This document shows positions 50,561 through 64,000 of a stretch of 64,000 nucleotides of DNA, in pieces; position 1 is the stretch's first letter; every line of letters begins with the position of its first letter. The position numbers were made by a program, and so were the translations under genes. The stretch lies in sequence record OK040907; one strand, 5' to 3'. The DNA comes from Enterobacteria phage Ac3. Below the pieces are notes generated by a model, which was given only the letters and a program-made list of their open reading frames with translations, was not told the origin of the DNA and ran no database searches.

Positions 50561-53500
50561 CAGTAAAAGCACCTTCAGTCACTAGTCTCAGAATTTCCAA
50601 GTTATCCGCAAATCAGGTGCAAGTACGCTGGGATGACGTTGGTGCTAATTTCTACTACTTTGTAGAAATCGCTGAGACAAAATCAAACTCGGGAGAAAAT
50701 CTCCCGAGTAATCAATATCGTTGGATTAATTTAGGATATACAGCAAATAATAGTTTCTTTTTTGATGATGCTGATCCATTGACATCATACATTATCAGAG
50801 TAGCTACAGCTGCGCAAGATTTTGAGCAGTCTGATTGGATTTATACAGAAGAGTTTGAAACTTTTGCTACAAATGCTTATACATTTCAAAACATGATTGA
50901 AATGCAATTAGCTAATAAATTCATTCAGGAAAAGTTCACTCTTAATAATTCTAATTATGTCAATTTCAATAATGACACAATAATGGCTGCGTTGATGAAT
51001 GAATCATTTCAGTTTAGCCCATCGTATGCTGATGTCTCATCAATCAGTAATTTTATTATTGGTGAAAACGAGTATCATGAAATACAAGGTTCTATTCAGC
51101 AAGTATGTAAGGATATTAACCGAGTTTATTTGATGGAATTAGAAGGGATTCTATATCTTTTTGAGCGTTATCAACCCGTAGTTAAAGTATCAAATGATAA
51201 AGGACAAACTTGGAAAGCTGTAAAGCTCTTCAATGACCGTGTAGGATATCCTTTATCTAAGACTGTATATTACCAATCTGCAAACACAACATACGTTCTA
51301 GGATACGACAAGATTTTCTATGGTCGCAAATCTACTGATGTTAGATGGTCAGCAGATGATGTCAGATTCAGTTCGCAGGATATAACATTTGCTAAATTAG
51401 GAGACCAACTTCATTTAGGATTCGATGTTGAAATCTTCGCTACTTATGCGACTTTACCAGCGAATGTATATCGTATAGCTGAAGCCATTACTTGTACGGA
51501 TGATTATATCTATGTTGTTGCCAGAGATAAAGTTAGATATATAAAAACGAGTAATGCACCTATAGATTCTGACCCATTATCACCAACATACTCGGAAAGA
51601 CTTTTTGAACCTGATACAATGACTATAACTGGAAATCCTAAAGCTGTATGCTATAAAATGGATTCTATTGGTGATAAAGTTTTTGCTCTTATTATTGGTG
51701 AAGTTGAAACATTAAATGCTAATCCTAGAACATCAAAAATAATTGATTCCGCTGATAAAGGAATATATGTTTTAAATCAAGACACAAAAACATGGAAAAG
51801 AGTTTTCGGTAATACCGAAGAAGAAAGAAGACGTATTCAACCTGGATACGCAAACATGTCAACTGATGGTAAATTAGTTTCTCTGTCTTCGAGTAATTTT
51901 AAATTTTTAAGTGATAACGTTGTTAATGACCCTGAAACTGCTGTAAAATACCAGTTAATCGGTGCTGTTAAATATGAATTTCCTCGCGAATGGTTAGCTG
52001 ATAAACATTATCATATGATGGCGTTTATAGCGGATGAAAAATCTGATTGGGAGACTTTTACTCCTCAACCGATGAAATACTACGCAGAACCGTTCTTTAA
52101 TTGGTCTAAAAAATCTAACACTCGTTGTTGGATAAACAACTCTGATAAAGCTGTTGTAGTTTATGCAGATTTGAAATACACCAAAGTTATTGAAAATATT
52201 CCAGAAACGTCACCAGATAGATTAGTGCATGAATACTGGGATGATGGCGATTGCACTATAGTAATGCCAAATGTTAAATTCACCGGATTTAAAAAATACG
52301 CATCAGGAATGCTTTTCTACAAATCTTCTGGCGAAATAATTTCTTATTATGATTTTAACTATCGTGTGAGAGATACAGTAGAAATTATTTGGAAACCAAC
52401 TGAAGTATTTTTAAAAGCATTTTTACAAAACCAAGAGCGCGAAACTCCTTGGTCACCAGAAGAAGAACGTGGATTAGCTGACCCTGATTTAAGACCATTA
52501 ATTGGCACAATGATGCCTGATTCTTATTTGTTACAAGATTCTAATTTTGAGGCATTTTGTGAAGCATATATTCAATATCTTTCTGACGGATATGGAACTC
52601 AGTATAACAATTTACGAAATTTAATTCGTAACCAATATCCGCGAGAAGAGCATGCGTGGGAATATTTATGGTCAGAAATATATAAAAGAAACATTTATTT
52701 AAATGCTGACAAACGCGATGCTGTTGCAAGATTTTTTGAATCACGTAGCTATGATTTTTATTCTACTAAAGGAATTGAAGCATCATATAAATTTCTTTTT
52801 AAAGTTCTTTATAATGAAGAAGTTGAAATTGAAATTGAATCGGGAGCAGGTACTGAATATGATGTAATCATTCAATCTGATTCTCTTACAGAAGATTTAG
52901 TAGGACAAACGATTTATACAGCTACAGGAAGATGTAATGTTACTTATATAGAAAGAAGCTATTCTAATGGTAAATTGCAATGGACCGTGACTATTCATAA
53001 TCTTTTGGGGCGGTTAATAGCAGGACAAGAAGTTAAAGCAGAAAGACTTCCAGGTTTTGAAGGCGAAATTATTCGCGGGGTTAAAGGAAAGGATTTGCTT
53101 CAAAATAATATAGACTATATTAATAGAAGTCGATCATATTATGTAATGAAAATTAAATCCAATTTACCTTCTTCTCGTTGGAAATCTGACGTTATTCGTT
53201 TTGTTCATCCAGTAGGATTTGGATTTATAGCAATTACACTTTTAACGATGTTTATTAATGTTGGTTTAACTCTTAAACACACAGAGACTATAATTAATAA
53301 ATACAAAAACTATAAATGGGATTCTGGATTGCCTACTGAATATGCTGATAGAGTAGCTAAATTGACTCCAACTGGTGAAATTGAGCATGATTCGGTAACA
53401 GGCGAAGCAATTTATGAGCCTGGCCCAATGGCTGGTGTAGAATATCCTCTTCCTGATGACTATAATGCTGAAAATAACAATTCAATATTTCAAGGTCAAT

Positions 53501-53655
53501 TGCCATCTGAACGACGTAAATTAATGAGTCCTTTATTTGATGCATCTGGAACAACATTTGCGCAATTTAGAGATTTAGTTAATAAACGTCTAAAAGACAA
53601 TATAGGAAATCCAAGAGACCCTGAAAATCCAACACAGGTTAAAATAGATGAATGA
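50557..53655 (+). CDS. 7: gp7 baseplate wedge initiator
   Basis: 1032 aa, matches T4 gp7. Confidence 0.9.
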   Translation: MTVKAPSVTSLRISKLSANQVQVRWDDVGANFYYFVEIAETKSNSGENLPSNQYRWINLGYTANNSFFFDDADPLTSYIIRVATAAQDFEQSDWIYTEEFETFATNAYTFQNMIEMQLANKFIQEKFTLNNSNYVNFNNDTIMAALMNESFQFSPSYADVSSISNFIIGENEYHEIQGSIQQVCKDINRVYLMELEGILYLFERYQPVVKVSNDKGQTWKAVKLFNDRVGYPLSKTVYYQSANTTYVLGYDKIFYGRKSTDVRWSADDVRFSSQDITFAKLGDQLHLGFDVEIFATYATLPANVYRIAEAITCTDDYIYVVARDKVRYIKTSNAPIDSDPLSPTYSERLFEPDTMTITGNPKAVCYKMDSIGDKVFALIIGEVETLNANPRTSKIIDSADKGIYVLNQDTKTWKRVFGNTEEERRRIQPGYANMSTDGKLVSLSSSNFKFLSDNVVNDPETAVKYQLIGAVKYEFPREWLADKHYHMMAFIADEKSDWETFTPQPMKYYAEPFFNWSKKSNTRCWINNSDKAVVVYADLKYTKVIENIPETSPDRLVHEYWDDGDCTIVMPNVKFTGFKKYASGMLFYKSSGEIISYYDFNYRVRDTVEIIWKPTEVFLKAFLQNQERETPWSPEEERGLADPDLRPLIGTMMPDSYLLQDSNFEAFCEAYIQYLSDGYGTQYNNLRNLIRNQYPREEHAWEYLWSEIYKRNIYLNADKRDAVARFFESRSYDFYSTKGIEASYKFLFKVLYNEEVEIEIESGAGTEYDVIIQSDSLTEDLVGQTIYTATGRCNVTYIERSYSNGKLQWTVTIHNLLGRLIAGQEVKAERLPGFEGEIIRGVKGKDLLQNNIDYINRSRSYYVMKIKSNLPSSRWKSDVIRFVHPVGFGFIAITLLTMFINVGLTLKHTETIINKYKNYKWDSGLPTEYADRVAKLTPTGEIEHDSVTGEAIYEPGPMAGVEYPLPDDYNAENNNSIFQGQLPSERRKLMSPLFDASGTTFAQFRDLVNKRLKDNIGNPRDPENPTQVKIDE

Positions 53656-54652
53656 TTCAAGTGTTATCTATCGTGCGATAGTTACTTCAAAATTTAGAAC
53701 AGAAAAAATGTTGAATTTTTATAATTCAATTGGAAGTGGTCCGGATAAAAACACTATCTTTATCACATTTGGAAGATCAGAACCGTGGTCATCAAATGAA
53801 AATGAGGTGGGCTTTGCCCCACCTTATCCTACCGATTCTGTATTAGGTGTAACTGACATGTGGACTCATATGATGGGAACAGTAAAAGTTCTTCCATCTA
53901 TGCTTGATGCAGTTATTCCTCGTCGAGATTGGGGAGATACTAGATATCCGGATCCATACACATTTAGAATTAACGATATTGTAGTGTGCAACTCAGCTCC
54001 TTACAACGCTACTGAATCAGGCGCGGGATGGTTAGTGTATCGCTGTTTAGATGTTCCTGATACTGGAATGTGCTCAATAGCATCTTTAACTAATAAGGAT
54101 GAATGCCTTAAATTAGGTGGAAAATGGACTCCTTCTGCTAGGTCAATGACTCCTCCTGAAGGCCGAGGAGATGCTGAAGGAACAATTGAACCCGGCGATG
54201 GATATGTATGGGAATATCTTTTTGAGATTCCGCCTGATGTATCTATAAATAGATGCACGAATGAGTATATTGTAGTTCCTTGGCCTGAGGAATTAAAAGA
54301 AGACCCGACTAGATGGGGGTATGAAGATAATCTCACTTGGCAGCAAGATGATTTTGGGTTAATTTATCGTGTTAAAGCTAATACAATTCGTTTTAAAGCA
54401 TATTTAGATTCAGTTTATTTTCCTGAAGCTGCATTGCCGGGAAATAAAGGATTTAGACAAATATCGATAATTACAAATCCTCTTGAAGCTAAAGTTCATC
54501 CAAATGATCCAAACGTTAAAGCTGAAAAGGATTATTATGATCCTGAAGATTTAATGAGGCATTCGGGTGAAATGATTTATATGGAAAATAGGCCACCTAT
54601 TATTATGGCAATGGATCAGACAGAAGAAATCAATATTCTGTTTACATTTTAA
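53648..54652 (+). CDS. 8: gp8 baseplate wedge protein
   Basis: 334 aa, matches T4 gp8. Confidence 0.9.
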   Translation: MNDSSVIYRAIVTSKFRTEKMLNFYNSIGSGPDKNTIFITFGRSEPWSSNENEVGFAPPYPTDSVLGVTDMWTHMMGTVKVLPSMLDAVIPRRDWGDTRYPDPYTFRINDIVVCNSAPYNATESGAGWLVYRCLDVPDTGMCSIASLTNKDECLKLGGKWTPSARSMTPPEGRGDAEGTIEPGDGYVWEYLFEIPPDVSINRCTNEYIVVPWPEELKEDPTRWGYEDNLTWQQDDFGLIYRVKANTIRFKAYLDSVYFPEAALPGNKGFRQISIITNPLEAKVHPNDPNVKAEKDYYDPEDLMRHSGEMIYMENRPPIIMAMDQTEEINILFTF

Positions 54653-54657
54653 ATTAA

Positions 54658-54680
54658 GGGAGCCCATGGGCTCCCTTTTT
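54658..54680 (+). terminator. rho-independent terminator
   Basis: hairpin GGGAGCCCATGGGCTCCC followed by TTTTTC after gene 8. Confidence 0.6.
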
Positions 54681-54683
54681 CTT

Positions 54684-54691
54684 TATAAATA
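54684..54691 (+). promoter_or_regulatory. late promoter TATAAATA (gene 9)
   Basis: plus-strand TATAAATA 25 nt upstream of gene 9 ATG. Confidence 0.55.
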
Positions 54692-54715
54692 CTATAAACT
54701 CATAAGGAAACCGCT

Positions 54716-55582
54716 ATGTTCATTCAAGAACCAAAGAAATTGATTGATACCGGCGAAATTGGTAACGCTTCTACTGGTGATATCTTATTCGACGGTGGTA
54801 ATAAAATTAATAGTGATTTTAACGCAATTTATAACGCGTTTGGCGATCAACGTAAAATGGCAGTAGCAAATGGCACTGGAGCTGATGGTCAAATTATCCA
54901 TGCTACTGGATATTATCAAAAACACTCTATCGCGGAGTACGCAACTCCAGTAAAAGTTGGCACTAGACATGATATTGATACTTCTACCGTAGGTGTTAAA
55001 GTTATCATTGAAAGAGGCGAACTTGGCGACTGCGTTGAATTTATTAACTCGAATGGATCAATATCAGTTACTAATCCTTTAACGATTCAAGCTATTGATT
55101 CAATTAAAGGCGTTTCAGGTAATTTAGTAGTAACTAGTCCATATAGTAAAGTTACTTTACGTTGTATTTCATCTGATAATTCTACGTCAGTTTGGAATTA
55201 TTCTATTGAAAGTATGTTTGGGCAAAAGGAATCACCAGCTGAAGGTACATGGAATATTTCTACATCTGGATCAGTTGACATTCCACTATTTCATCGCACT
55301 GAATACAATATGGCTAAATTGCTAGTTACGTGCCAATCAGTAGATGGAAGAAAAATTAAAACAGCAGAAATAAATATTCTTGTGGATACTGTTAATTCAG
55401 AGGTCATTTCTTCTGAATATGCTGTCATGCGAGTTGGGAATGAAACCGAAGAAGACGAAATCGCTAATATTGCATTTAGTATTAAAGAAAATTACGTAAC
55501 GGCGACTATAAGTTCTTCAACTGTCGGTATGAGAGCAGCAGTTAAAGTTATCGCTACGCAGAAAATCGGGGTGGCTCAATAA
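54716..55582 (+). CDS. 9: gp9 baseplate wedge / long tail-fibre socket
   Basis: 288 aa, matches T4 gp9. Confidence 0.9.
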   Translation: MFIQEPKKLIDTGEIGNASTGDILFDGGNKINSDFNAIYNAFGDQRKMAVANGTGADGQIIHATGYYQKHSIAEYATPVKVGTRHDIDTSTVGVKVIIERGELGDCVEFINSNGSISVTNPLTIQAIDSIKGVSGNLVVTSPYSKVTLRCISSDNSTSVWNYSIESMFGQKESPAEGTWNISTSGSVDIPLFHRTEYNMAKLLVTCQSVDGRKIKTAEINILVDTVNSEVISSEYAVMRVGNETEEDEIANIAFSIKENYVTATISSSTVGMRAAVKVIATQKIGVAQ

Positions 55583-57387
55583 TGAAACAAAATATTAATA
55601 TCGGTAATGTTGTAGATGATGGTACAGGTGACTACCTGCGTAAAGGTGGTATAAAAATAAATGAAAACTTTGATGAGCTTTATTATGAACTCGGTGATGG
55701 TAATGTTCCATATTCAGCCGGTGCTTGGAAAACTTATAATGCTTCATCTGGGCAAACATTAAAAGCTGAATGGGGAAAATCATACACTATTAATACTTCG
55801 TCTGGAAGAGTAACACTGCAACTTCCTAAAGGAACTGTTAATGATTATAATAAAGTAATTAGAGCTAGGGATGTATTTGCAACATGGAATGTTAATCCAG
55901 TTACTTTAGTAGCCGCTTCTGGTGATACTATCAAAGGATCATCGTCATCGGTTGAAATTAACGTTCAATTTAGTGATTTAGAGCTAGTTTATTGCGCTCC
56001 GGGCCGTTGGGAATATGTCAAAAATAAACAAATTGACAAAATTATTAGTTCAGACATTAGCAATGTAGCTCGTAAAGAATTTTTAGTCGAAGTTCAAGGA
56101 CAAACAGACTTTTTAGATATTTTCCGTGGAACTAGTTATAATGTTAATAACATCAGAGTAAAACACCGCGGTAATGAATTGTATTACGGCGATGTTTTTA
56201 GCGAAAACAGTGACTTTGGCTCTCCAGGGGAAAATGAAGGAGAATTGGTTCCTCTTGATGGATTTAATATTAGATTAAGACAGCCTTGTAATGTTGGTGA
56301 CACTGTTCAAATTGAAACATTTATGGATGGTGTATCGCAGTGGAGAAGTTCATACACAAGACGTCAAATAAAAATATTAGATTCAAAATTAACATCAAAA
56401 ACTTCTTTGGAAGGAAGTATTTACGTTACTGATTTATCGGCAATGAAATCAATTCCATTCTCCGCATTTGGATTAATTCCAGGAGAACCTATTAATCCTA
56501 ATTCTCTTGAAGTTCGTTTTAATGGAATTTTACAACAACAAGCTGGAACAGCCGGATATCCTCTGTTTTTATGTGAAGGTGCTAATTCAGATACGCAAGA
56601 AGGATGTATATCTCTTGGCGGTGAATGGAAAGAATCAAACACAGATTATTCTATAGAATATGAAGATGGAAAACCGATCAGTCTTTTATTTGATAGAAAA
56701 TTTGAATCAGGCGATATAATCGTTATAACGTGGTTCAATAATGATTTAGGAACTCTTTTGGAAAAAGATGACATTATTGAATTAACTGATGAACGCTATG
56801 TTAGCAAAGGATCATCTACTGAAGTTACTGGTGATGTAGCCTTAACTGATTTTGATAAAATCGGTTGGCCAAATGTTGAAAAAGTTGATTCTTATACTAG
56901 AACGTATAATTCAATATCATCTATTTTCGATAGCATTTATCCCATTGGTTCAATTTATGAAAATGCTATAAACCCAAATAATCCAGTAACTTATATGGGA
57001 TTTGGTTCATGGAAATTATTTGGTAAAGGGCAGGTTTTAGTAGGATGGAATGATGATGTCACAGATCCAAACTTTGCATTAAACAATAATGATTTAGATT
57101 CTAGCGGAAATCCTTCACATACCGCCGGTGGAACAGTTGGTACAACATCAGTAACGCTTGAAAACGCAAATCTTCCTGCGACTAAAACTGATGAAAGAGT
57201 TTTAATTGAAGACGAAAATGGATCAGTTATTATTGGAGGATGTCAATATGACCCAGACGAAACTGGTCCTATATATACAAAATATCGTGAAGACTACGCA
57301 ACAACAAACTCTTCACATACTCCTCCTGCTAATATTAGTAATATTCAACCGTCTATTACTGTATACCGTTGGATAAGGATTGCATAA
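55582..57387 (+). CDS. 10: gp10 baseplate wedge protein
   Basis: 601 aa, matches T4 gp10. Confidence 0.9.
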   Translation: MKQNINIGNVVDDGTGDYLRKGGIKINENFDELYYELGDGNVPYSAGAWKTYNASSGQTLKAEWGKSYTINTSSGRVTLQLPKGTVNDYNKVIRARDVFATWNVNPVTLVAASGDTIKGSSSSVEINVQFSDLELVYCAPGRWEYVKNKQIDKIISSDISNVARKEFLVEVQGQTDFLDIFRGTSYNVNNIRVKHRGNELYYGDVFSENSDFGSPGENEGELVPLDGFNIRLRQPCNVGDTVQIETFMDGVSQWRSSYTRRQIKILDSKLTSKTSLEGSIYVTDLSAMKSIPFSAFGLIPGEPINPNSLEVRFNGILQQQAGTAGYPLFLCEGANSDTQEGCISLGGEWKESNTDYSIEYEDGKPISLLFDRKFESGDIIVITWFNNDLGTLLEKDDIIELTDERYVSKGSSTEVTGDVALTDFDKIGWPNVEKVDSYTRTYNSISSIFDSIYPIGSIYENAINPNNPVTYMGFGSWKLFGKGQVLVGWNDDVTDPNFALNNNDLDSSGNPSHTAGGTVGTTSVTLENANLPATKTDERVLIEDENGSVIIGGCQYDPDETGPIYTKYREDYATTNSSHTPPANISNIQPSITVYRWIRIA

Positions 57388-58046
57388 TGAGTTTACTTAA
57401 TAATAAAGCGGGAGTTATTTCCCGCTTAGCAGATTTTCTTGGTTTTAGAACTAAGAAAAATGATATTTCGGTTATGAATAATCAGCCAGTAGGTGCTGTA
57501 ACAATTTCACAAATAGCAAAAGGTTTTTATGACCCAAATGTAGAATCTGCTATCAATGATGTTAGAAATATGGCAGAGCAACAGGTTGGAGCTGTATTAG
57601 TTAATATAAGTGGCGTATCTCCTACTGGCGTGCAGCAAACAGACTATTGGTCATTTGAAGGAACTGTTACTGATACTTCAGCCAAACCAGGTGACCCAGT
57701 TATTGTTAATATGTTTGGCATTCCTGTTAAAGCTACTAATGGAATGACTTCAATCGAATTTACCAGTGCCGTTAGAACAGCTCTGCAGGAAATGGTTGCA
57801 AAATTTATTGCAATTGATTCATTTGAAGACCATCCTACCATAGGAAATAAAATACAAGTTAAGTATTTAGATAACCAAGAACATATCTTAGAACAATACT
57901 CTGATAAAGGAATTACTTTCAAACAAGAAATAATTTCTCCTTCTAAACCTGGATACGGAACTTGGCAATTATTAGGTGCGCAAACTGTCACGCTAGATAG
58001 TCACACACAACCTACGGTATTTTATTATTTTGAGAGAATAGCATGA
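57387..58046 (+). CDS. 11: gp11 baseplate wedge / short tail-fibre attachment
   Basis: 219 aa from ATG 57387 (MSLLNNKAG...), overlapping the gene 10 stop; ORF track starts 18 nt upstream. Confidence 0.9.
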   Translation: MSLLNNKAGVISRLADFLGFRTKKNDISVMNNQPVGAVTISQIAKGFYDPNVESAINDVRNMAEQQVGAVLVNISGVSPTGVQQTDYWSFEGTVTDTSAKPGDPVIVNMFGIPVKATNGMTSIEFTSAVRTALQEMVAKFIAIDSFEDHPTIGNKIQVKYLDNQEHILEQYSDKGITFKQEIISPSKPGYGTWQLLGAQTVTLDSHTQPTVFYYFERIA

Positions 58047-59599
58047 GTAACAATACATATCAGCACGTATCAAATGAATCAAAATATGTTAAATTCGATC
58101 CAGTAGGATCGAATTTTCCTGACACTGTCACGACAGTGCAGTCTGCATTATCAAAAATAAGTAATATCGGCGTAAATGGTATTCCTGATGCAACTATGGA
58201 AGTTAAAGGAATAGCAATGATTGCGTCAGAGCAAGAGGTTTTAGATGGAACTAATAATTCTAAAATCGTTACACCAGCTACATTAGCAACAAGATTATTG
58301 TATCCAAATGCTACTGAAACTAAGTATGGTTTAACGCGCTATTCAACAAATGAAGAAACATTAGAAGGCTCAGATAATAATTCATCAATAACGCCGCAAA
58401 AACTGAAATACCATACTGACGATGTGTTCCAAAATAGATATTCGTCTGAGTCATCAAACGGGGTTATTAAAATATCATCTACACCTGCAGCTTTAGCTGG
58501 AGTTGATGATACTACGGCAATGACTCCATTAAAAACGCAAAAACTTGCAATAAAATTAATTTCACAAATAGCTCCTTCCGAAGATACTGCATCAGAATCT
58601 GTGAGAGGTGTAGTTCAATTATCTACTGTTGCGCAAACTCGTCAAGGAACTCTCCGCGAAGGATATGCAATTTCTCCGTATACCTTTATGAATTCTGTTG
58701 CAACACAAGAATATAAGGGTGTTATACGTTTAGGAACACAATCGGAAATTAACAGTAATTTGGGAGATGTTGCAGTAACGGGTGAAACGCTAAATGGTCG
58801 AGGAGCTACTGGTTCTATGCGTGGAGTAGTTAAATTAACGACGCAAGCCGGTATTGCCCCTGAAGGTGATAGCTCTGGTGCATTAGCATGGAACGCAGAT
58901 GTAATTAATACTCGTGGTGGACAAACTATTAATGGTTCTTTAAATTTAGACCATCTTACAGCAAACGGAATTTGGTCGCGCGGCGGAATGTGGAAAAATG
59001 GCGATCAACCTGTTGCCACTGAAAGATACGCGTCCGAAAGGGTTCCAGTTGGAACTATTATGATGTTTGCTGGAGATTCAGCACCTCCGGGTTGGATTAT
59101 GTGCCACGGCGGAACCGTGTCAGGAGATCAATATCCTGATTATAGAAACACAGTTGGAACGAGATTTGGTGGCGATTGGAATAATCCTGGCATTCCTGAT
59201 ATGCGAGGTCTTTTTGTTAGAGGAGCGGGCACCGGCGGTCATATTTTAAATCAACGAGGACAAGATGGTTATGGGAAGGATAGACTTGGTGTAGGATGTG
59301 ATGGAATGCATGTTGGTGGTGTTCAAGCACAACAAATATCATACCATAAACATGCTGGTGCCTGGGGGGAAAATGGAAATAACAGAGGTTATGCACCGTT
59401 TGGCGCATCTAATGGCAATGGATATTTGGGCAATGGTAAAAGCGCCGACTGGGACAACCATTTGTTCTTTACTAATGACGGATTTGAAATGGGTGGTCCT
59501 CGTGACTCGTTCGGCACGTTAAATCGCGAAGGATTAATTGGTTATGAAACTAGACCATGGAATATATCATTAAACTATATTATTAAAATTCATTACTAA
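58043..59599 (+). CDS. 12: gp12 short tail fibre
   Basis: 518 aa, matches T4 gp12. Confidence 0.9.
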   Translation: MSNNTYQHVSNESKYVKFDPVGSNFPDTVTTVQSALSKISNIGVNGIPDATMEVKGIAMIASEQEVLDGTNNSKIVTPATLATRLLYPNATETKYGLTRYSTNEETLEGSDNNSSITPQKLKYHTDDVFQNRYSSESSNGVIKISSTPAALAGVDDTTAMTPLKTQKLAIKLISQIAPSEDTASESVRGVVQLSTVAQTRQGTLREGYAISPYTFMNSVATQEYKGVIRLGTQSEINSNLGDVAVTGETLNGRGATGSMRGVVKLTTQAGIAPEGDSSGALAWNADVINTRGGQTINGSLNLDHLTANGIWSRGGMWKNGDQPVATERYASERVPVGTIMMFAGDSAPPGWIMCHGGTVSGDQYPDYRNTVGTRFGGDWNNPGIPDMRGLFVRGAGTGGHILNQRGQDGYGKDRLGVGCDGMHVGGVQAQQISYHKHAGAWGENGNNRGYAPFGASNGNGYLGNGKSADWDNHLFFTNDGFEMGGPRDSFGTLNREGLIGYETRPWNISLNYIIKIHY

Positions 59600-59608
59600 G
59601 GATTACAA

Positions 59609-61066
59609 ATGATTGAATTAAAAGAGTTACCTTTTGTTGATAGCGTTCCTGGCGAAGGTCAGGAACGTATTTCATGGATTAAAAATGGTGAAGAAATACT
59701 AGGAGCTAGTACTAAGTATGGAAACGATGGATCAATGAATAGACCAACTGTTTCCGTGTTTAAAAACGTCGAAGTTCTTGATGAAAATGTGGGAATTCTT
59801 AAAACTGCTGTTGAAACATCACAGGAAGATATTAAAACAATTCAAGGCATTTTAGATGTATCAGGAGATATAGAAGCGCTATCACAAATCAGCGTTAATA
59901 AAAATGACATATCAAATTTAAAAACGCTTACGAGTGAACATACTGATATATTAAATGGTACAAATACTACGGTTGATAATATTCTTTCTGATATTGGTCC
60001 ATTTAATTCGCAAGCAAATTCAGTTTATAGAACGATTAGAAATGATTTGTTATGGATTAAAAGGGAATTAGGACAATATGCTGGGCAAGATATTAATGGT
60101 CTTCCTGTTGTAGGAAATAGCAGCACGGGGATGAAGCACCGTATCATTAATAATACAGATGCTATAACTTCCCAAGGAATACGTCTAAGTGATTTGGAAG
60201 AAAAATTTATTGAATCTGATGTAGGTTCACTGACAATTGAAGTTGGAAATCTTAGACAAGAACTTGGACAAAGACCATCTTCATTTAGTGAAAGCATATA
60301 TTCACGTATGCATAATTTAGATCAATCGCAGATTAATCTTAGTTCCGAAATTAAATCTATCAAAACTTCTATTGGATATCCAGGAAATACTTCAATAATC
60401 ACAGATGTCAATGTCAATAGTCAAGAAATTTCAGCTTTAAATGATGAACTAAATAAAAGTGGCGGCGTTAAACAGCGATTAACTGTTATTGAAACATCGA
60501 TTGGTTCAGATGATATTCCTTCTAGTATTAAAGGTCAAATTAAAGATAATACCACTTCTATTGAATCTTTAAATGGAATTGTAGGTGAAAACACCTCGTC
60601 CGGTTTAAGAGCTAACGTTTCATGGCTAAATCAGATAGTTGGAACTGATTCTAGCGGAGGTCAGCCTTCTCCTCCTGGGTCTCTTTTAAATAGGGTTTCA
60701 ACTGTTGAAACCTCTGTTAATAGACTTAACAATGATGTTCAAAACTTACAGGTTGAAATTGGTAATAACAATTCCGGAATTAAAGGGCAAGTTGTAACAC
60801 TAAATAAATTAGTAAATGGAACAAATCCGAATGGTTCAACTGTCGAAGAACGCGGATTGACTAATTCAATAAAAGCTAATGAGACTAACATTTCTTCAAT
60901 TAATCAAGAGATTCGTAGTATTAAAGGTAATGTGTCCTCATTACAGAGGGATGTCCAGACTTTACAAGAAGCTGGTTATATTCCTGAAGCTCCAAAAGAT
61001 GGTCAAGCTTACGTTCGTAAAGACGGCGAATGGGTATTGCTTTCTACCTTTTTATCACCAGCATAA
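59609..61066 (+). CDS. wac: fibritin (whisker antigen control)
   Basis: 485 aa coiled coil ending in foldon [27 protein letters not shown]. Confidence 0.95.
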   Translation: MIELKELPFVDSVPGEGQERISWIKNGEEILGASTKYGNDGSMNRPTVSVFKNVEVLDENVGILKTAVETSQEDIKTIQGILDVSGDIEALSQISVNKNDISNLKTLTSEHTDILNGTNTTVDNILSDIGPFNSQANSVYRTIRNDLLWIKRELGQYAGQDINGLPVVGNSSTGMKHRIINNTDAITSQGIRLSDLEEKFIESDVGSLTIEVGNLRQELGQRPSSFSESIYSRMHNLDQSQINLSSEIKSIKTSIGYPGNTSIITDVNVNSQEISALNDELNKSGGVKQRLTVIETSIGSDDIPSSIKGQIKDNTTSIESLNGIVGENTSSGLRANVSWLNQIVGTDSSGGQPSPPGSLLNRVSTVETSVNRLNNDVQNLQVEIGNNNSGIKGQVVTLNKLVNGTNPNGSTVEERGLTNSIKANETNISSINQEIRSIKGNVSSLQRDVQTLQEAGYIPEAPKDGQAYVRKDGEWVLLSTFLSPA

Positions 61067-61097
61067 CATGGGGCCGCAAGGCCCTAAAGGATTTTAA

Positions 61098-62799
<1,702 letters not shown>

Positions 62800-62840
62800 T
62801 AAATATTATAAACTAATTAAAGCCCAGATTAGGAGAAATC

Positions 62841-64000
<1,160 letters not shown>

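Noticed and set aside
61067-61090. Hairpin GGGGCCGCAAGGCCC after wac as a terminator
   Set aside because: No T-run follows and gene 13 starts 8 nt later; more likely an RNA stability element or a weak attenuator.

Overview
This window is a T4-like (Tequatrovirus-type) myophage segment. The early/middle region runs on the minus strand: gene 46, 47, a-gt, 55, nrdH/nrdG/nrdD, 49, pin, nrdC, a long run of small early ORFs, rI, tk, regB, a GrcA-like gene, denV, lysozyme e, nudE, a tRNA cluster of nine tRNAs split by segB, internal-protein genes, 57B/57A, 1, 3, 2, 4. The late baseplate/tail/neck block follows on the plus strand: 53, 5, 5.1, 5.4, 6-12, wac, 13-15 and the start of 16. Protein sequences are close to but not identical with T4, and the tRNA set differs, so this is a relative, not T4 itself. 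All calls are from reading the sequence and translations by eye; no searches were run. The most striking signal is five islands written in E. coli-optimal codons inside an otherwise AT-rich genome (1-3240, 14149-14319, 22638-24109, 28084-28963, 35290-35683). They begin and end at CDS boundaries, include the core gene 46, and in two places extend a neighbouring gene past its expected stop, which points to synthetic synonymous recoding or engineered replacement rather than natural transfer. Inside these islands sit the best candidates for an undescribed module: a translationally coupled membrane protein plus Pol-beta-type nucleotidyltransferase pair, and a TARG1/DarG-like macro domain followed by a Cys-rich domain broken by two single-G deletions. 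A third frameshifted gene in the islands is a decayed HNH endonuclease. Other notable items are a GrcA-like glycyl-radical cofactor gene with an E. coli-like 3' half, a tandem family of small membrane proteins sharing a C-terminal F-x-x-x-C-R-K tail, three loci encoding proteins with the T4 internal-protein targeting sequence, and a recurring early-promoter module.
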